Positions 62,143 to 64,000 of a stretch of DNA of 64,000 nucleotides are shown here, one piece after another. The DNA lies in NCBI RefSeq assembly GCF_018350175.1, contig NC_058368.1:199208001-199272000 (forward strand). The letters are read 5' to 3'. Both the position numbers and the translations under genes were made by a program. The notes beneath the pieces were generated by a model. That model had not been told where the DNA came from, ran no database searches, and worked only from the letters and a program-made list of their open reading frames with translations. The stretch is from Felis catus. Its lineage: Eukaryota. The stretch's first letter is position 1, and every line of letters starts with the position of its first letter.

Positions 62143-62630
62143 AAGCCCAATCACAAGACCCAAAAGATGATCATCTAGACTTTGCTTGAATATTTCTATC
62201 CTACACATACATCCTTAAAGCAGATGTTCCAAGGAACACCAAGACAGATGTTTCTAGTAAAGCCTGTAAAAATGCAGCCTTTTGAAAGTAGAAAAAAATG
62301 CAAATATTTGCTGAATGAGTGAATAAACTTTAGCAAGCAAAATCCCAGAGTTCATTAGGAAAAAAGGTAAGTCAGCCTACACAGTATACACAAACATTAT
62401 TTGTTCCTTAAAAATCCCTAAAGAGATCTTGATATAAAATACTATTCTTAATTTTTGTTTGAGAAGGCCTACCTTTCATTACACCTGACTTCCAGAGTTC
62501 CCATGTATGCATATGACACAGCAATATAAGCAGAATTACTATGACTATACAATGACTACATATTATAGTAAACCCTTAGTCTAATGTGACTCACTGATTA
62601 TTTCCCTAAGATTTTTAAAACCTGGTACCA

Positions 62631-62829
62631 GGGGCGCCTGGGTGGCTCAGTCAGTTTAGCATCTGACTTTAGCTCAGGTCACAATCTCACGGTTCATGGG
62701 TTCAAGCCCCACATCAGGCACTATGCTGATAGCTCAGAGCCTGGAGCCTGCTTCAGATTCTGTGTTTCTCTCTCTCTGCCCCTCCCCTGTTCAGGCTTTC
62801 TCTCTCTTGAAAATGAATAAATGTTAAAA

Positions 62830-62896
<67 letters not shown>

Positions 62897-62955
62897 ATAT
62901 TACTTTAAAAAATAAGAAATATAAATAAATAAATAGATAAGATAGATAGATAGAT
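62631..62955 (+). mobile_element. CAN-SINE with a long (TAAA)n then (GATA)n tail
   Basis: Full element; (AAAT)n ~62826-62897; TSD-like gtacca. Confidence 0.94.
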
Positions 62956-62974
62956 CCCAGTACCAAAGAAAAGG

Positions 62975-63272
62975 ATTTTCAGTCCCTCCCTGGTGATAAA
63001 GATATGGGATATAAGTCTAAAAAAAACTTTCATTAGCTGTATCTGCCACATAGGAAAAAACAATCTCAAATAGTAGCTGTCACTCAGAGAATGACAGAGA
63101 CAAATTAGAAAGAGAGCCTGGTCCCTGTCTAGCTCTGGTCCCTGGGACCATTTAGCTGTATCCTTACCTTTTCCTTTGCTTGATAATATAAACCAATTCC
63201 CTCTTCTTGACTAAGCCAAGCCATTTGAGTTTCTAGGTTTCTGTCACTGGTAACTGAGAAAGGTCTAACACA
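62975..63272 (+). mobile_element. Old MaLR LTR 3' part (MLT1K/L-like)
   Basis: taagcc...tttgagttt...tttctgtcactggtaactgagaaag...ctaaca. Confidence 0.5.
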
Positions 63273-64000
63273 AGAGCTAGTATAAACATAGTATAAGATC
63301 TAATACTCTCTATGGAAGGGCTAGAAAGTATGAGATCCATGAATCCCCTAAAAATAAAACTCTGATTTTGTATATAAGAGTACATATTCTAGAGAGAAGA
63401 TACTAAAATTTCCGTCAGAATAAATCTCTGACTACCATATCCTCTAAAGTTTAGATTTATTAGTTGATGGTCTAAGCCAGTAACTTAATGTATATTTCTG
63501 ACCATTTATATGGGCAACAAACATCCACCTTTTATTAAATGCCATGATTTTCAACCACGGGCACATATATTTTGAAATCCTCTCTCTACTTCTAAGATTA
63601 TGGTATGTTGTTAATTCCTCCCTTCCTCCTCCAACAGCTGAGAATCAATGGTTTACGATCTGTATGAAGAACTTTTTTGAGTCATTTTTACATCTTTTAA
63701 GTCTATTCAGATATGCTAAAATGCAAGAAATACTACAATTGACTTTAAAAAATAATTCATCCTAAGATGGTTGGTCCTGGTAAGATGTAGTAAGCACACT
63801 CCACCCTGTCTCTTCCACTAAATGTAACCATAAACTCAGGACAGGAGACACAGAACAGCTTCTTGCTAAAAAGCAAACAGCAGGCAGATCAAGGAAGTGA
63901 AACACCACTCAACCAGAAGTGAATTTATTTCTTTTTCTCCAGTATCCCCTGCCTGAATTTCATGTAGCCAGAAACCCAGGAGTGAGCATTCCTCCAGAAG

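Larger units (their letters stand above)
37958..64000 (-). other. NDUFS4: NDUFS4 intron 1 (3' part; exon 1 and promoter lie beyond the window)
   Basis: No CpG island and no exon 1-like presequence ORF (MAAVS...) between exon 2 and the window end. Confidence 0.85.

Noticed and set aside
63760..64000. Possible promoter or exon 1 at the window end
   Set aside because: No CpG island or NDUFS4 presequence coding; it looks more like an old L1-related 5' fragment, which I cannot assign confidently.

Overview
AT-rich mammalian genomic DNA from a felid (abundant CAN-SINE/SINEC elements, including the young Felis-type subfamily). The whole window lies inside the NDUFS4 gene (mitochondrial complex I 18-kDa 'AQDQ' subunit) on the minus strand. 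It holds part of intron 1, exon 2 (37879-37957, 79 nt), the 36.8-kb intron 2, exon 3 (876-1048, 173 nt) and the start of intron 3. The introns contain about 50 SINEs, several nested L1 blocks, L2/MIR/L3 relics, ERV1/MaLR/ERVL LTRs (one with a tRNA-Arg-like PBS), Charlie1a and MER44 DNA transposons, microsatellites, and a decayed processed pseudogene of PFDN6 inserted in an old L1. I see no new multi-gene system. The best leads are: a Glu-to-Val change in the GVPEEH motif; inverted SINEs around a 252-nt, stop-free, in-frame exon 2+3 unit (circRNA candidate); a candidate poison exon; a candidate short L1 3' transduction; and candidate non-coding regulatory blocks. Repeat family names come from recalled consensus sequences, and repeat boundaries are approximate unless a target-site duplication (TSD) is given.
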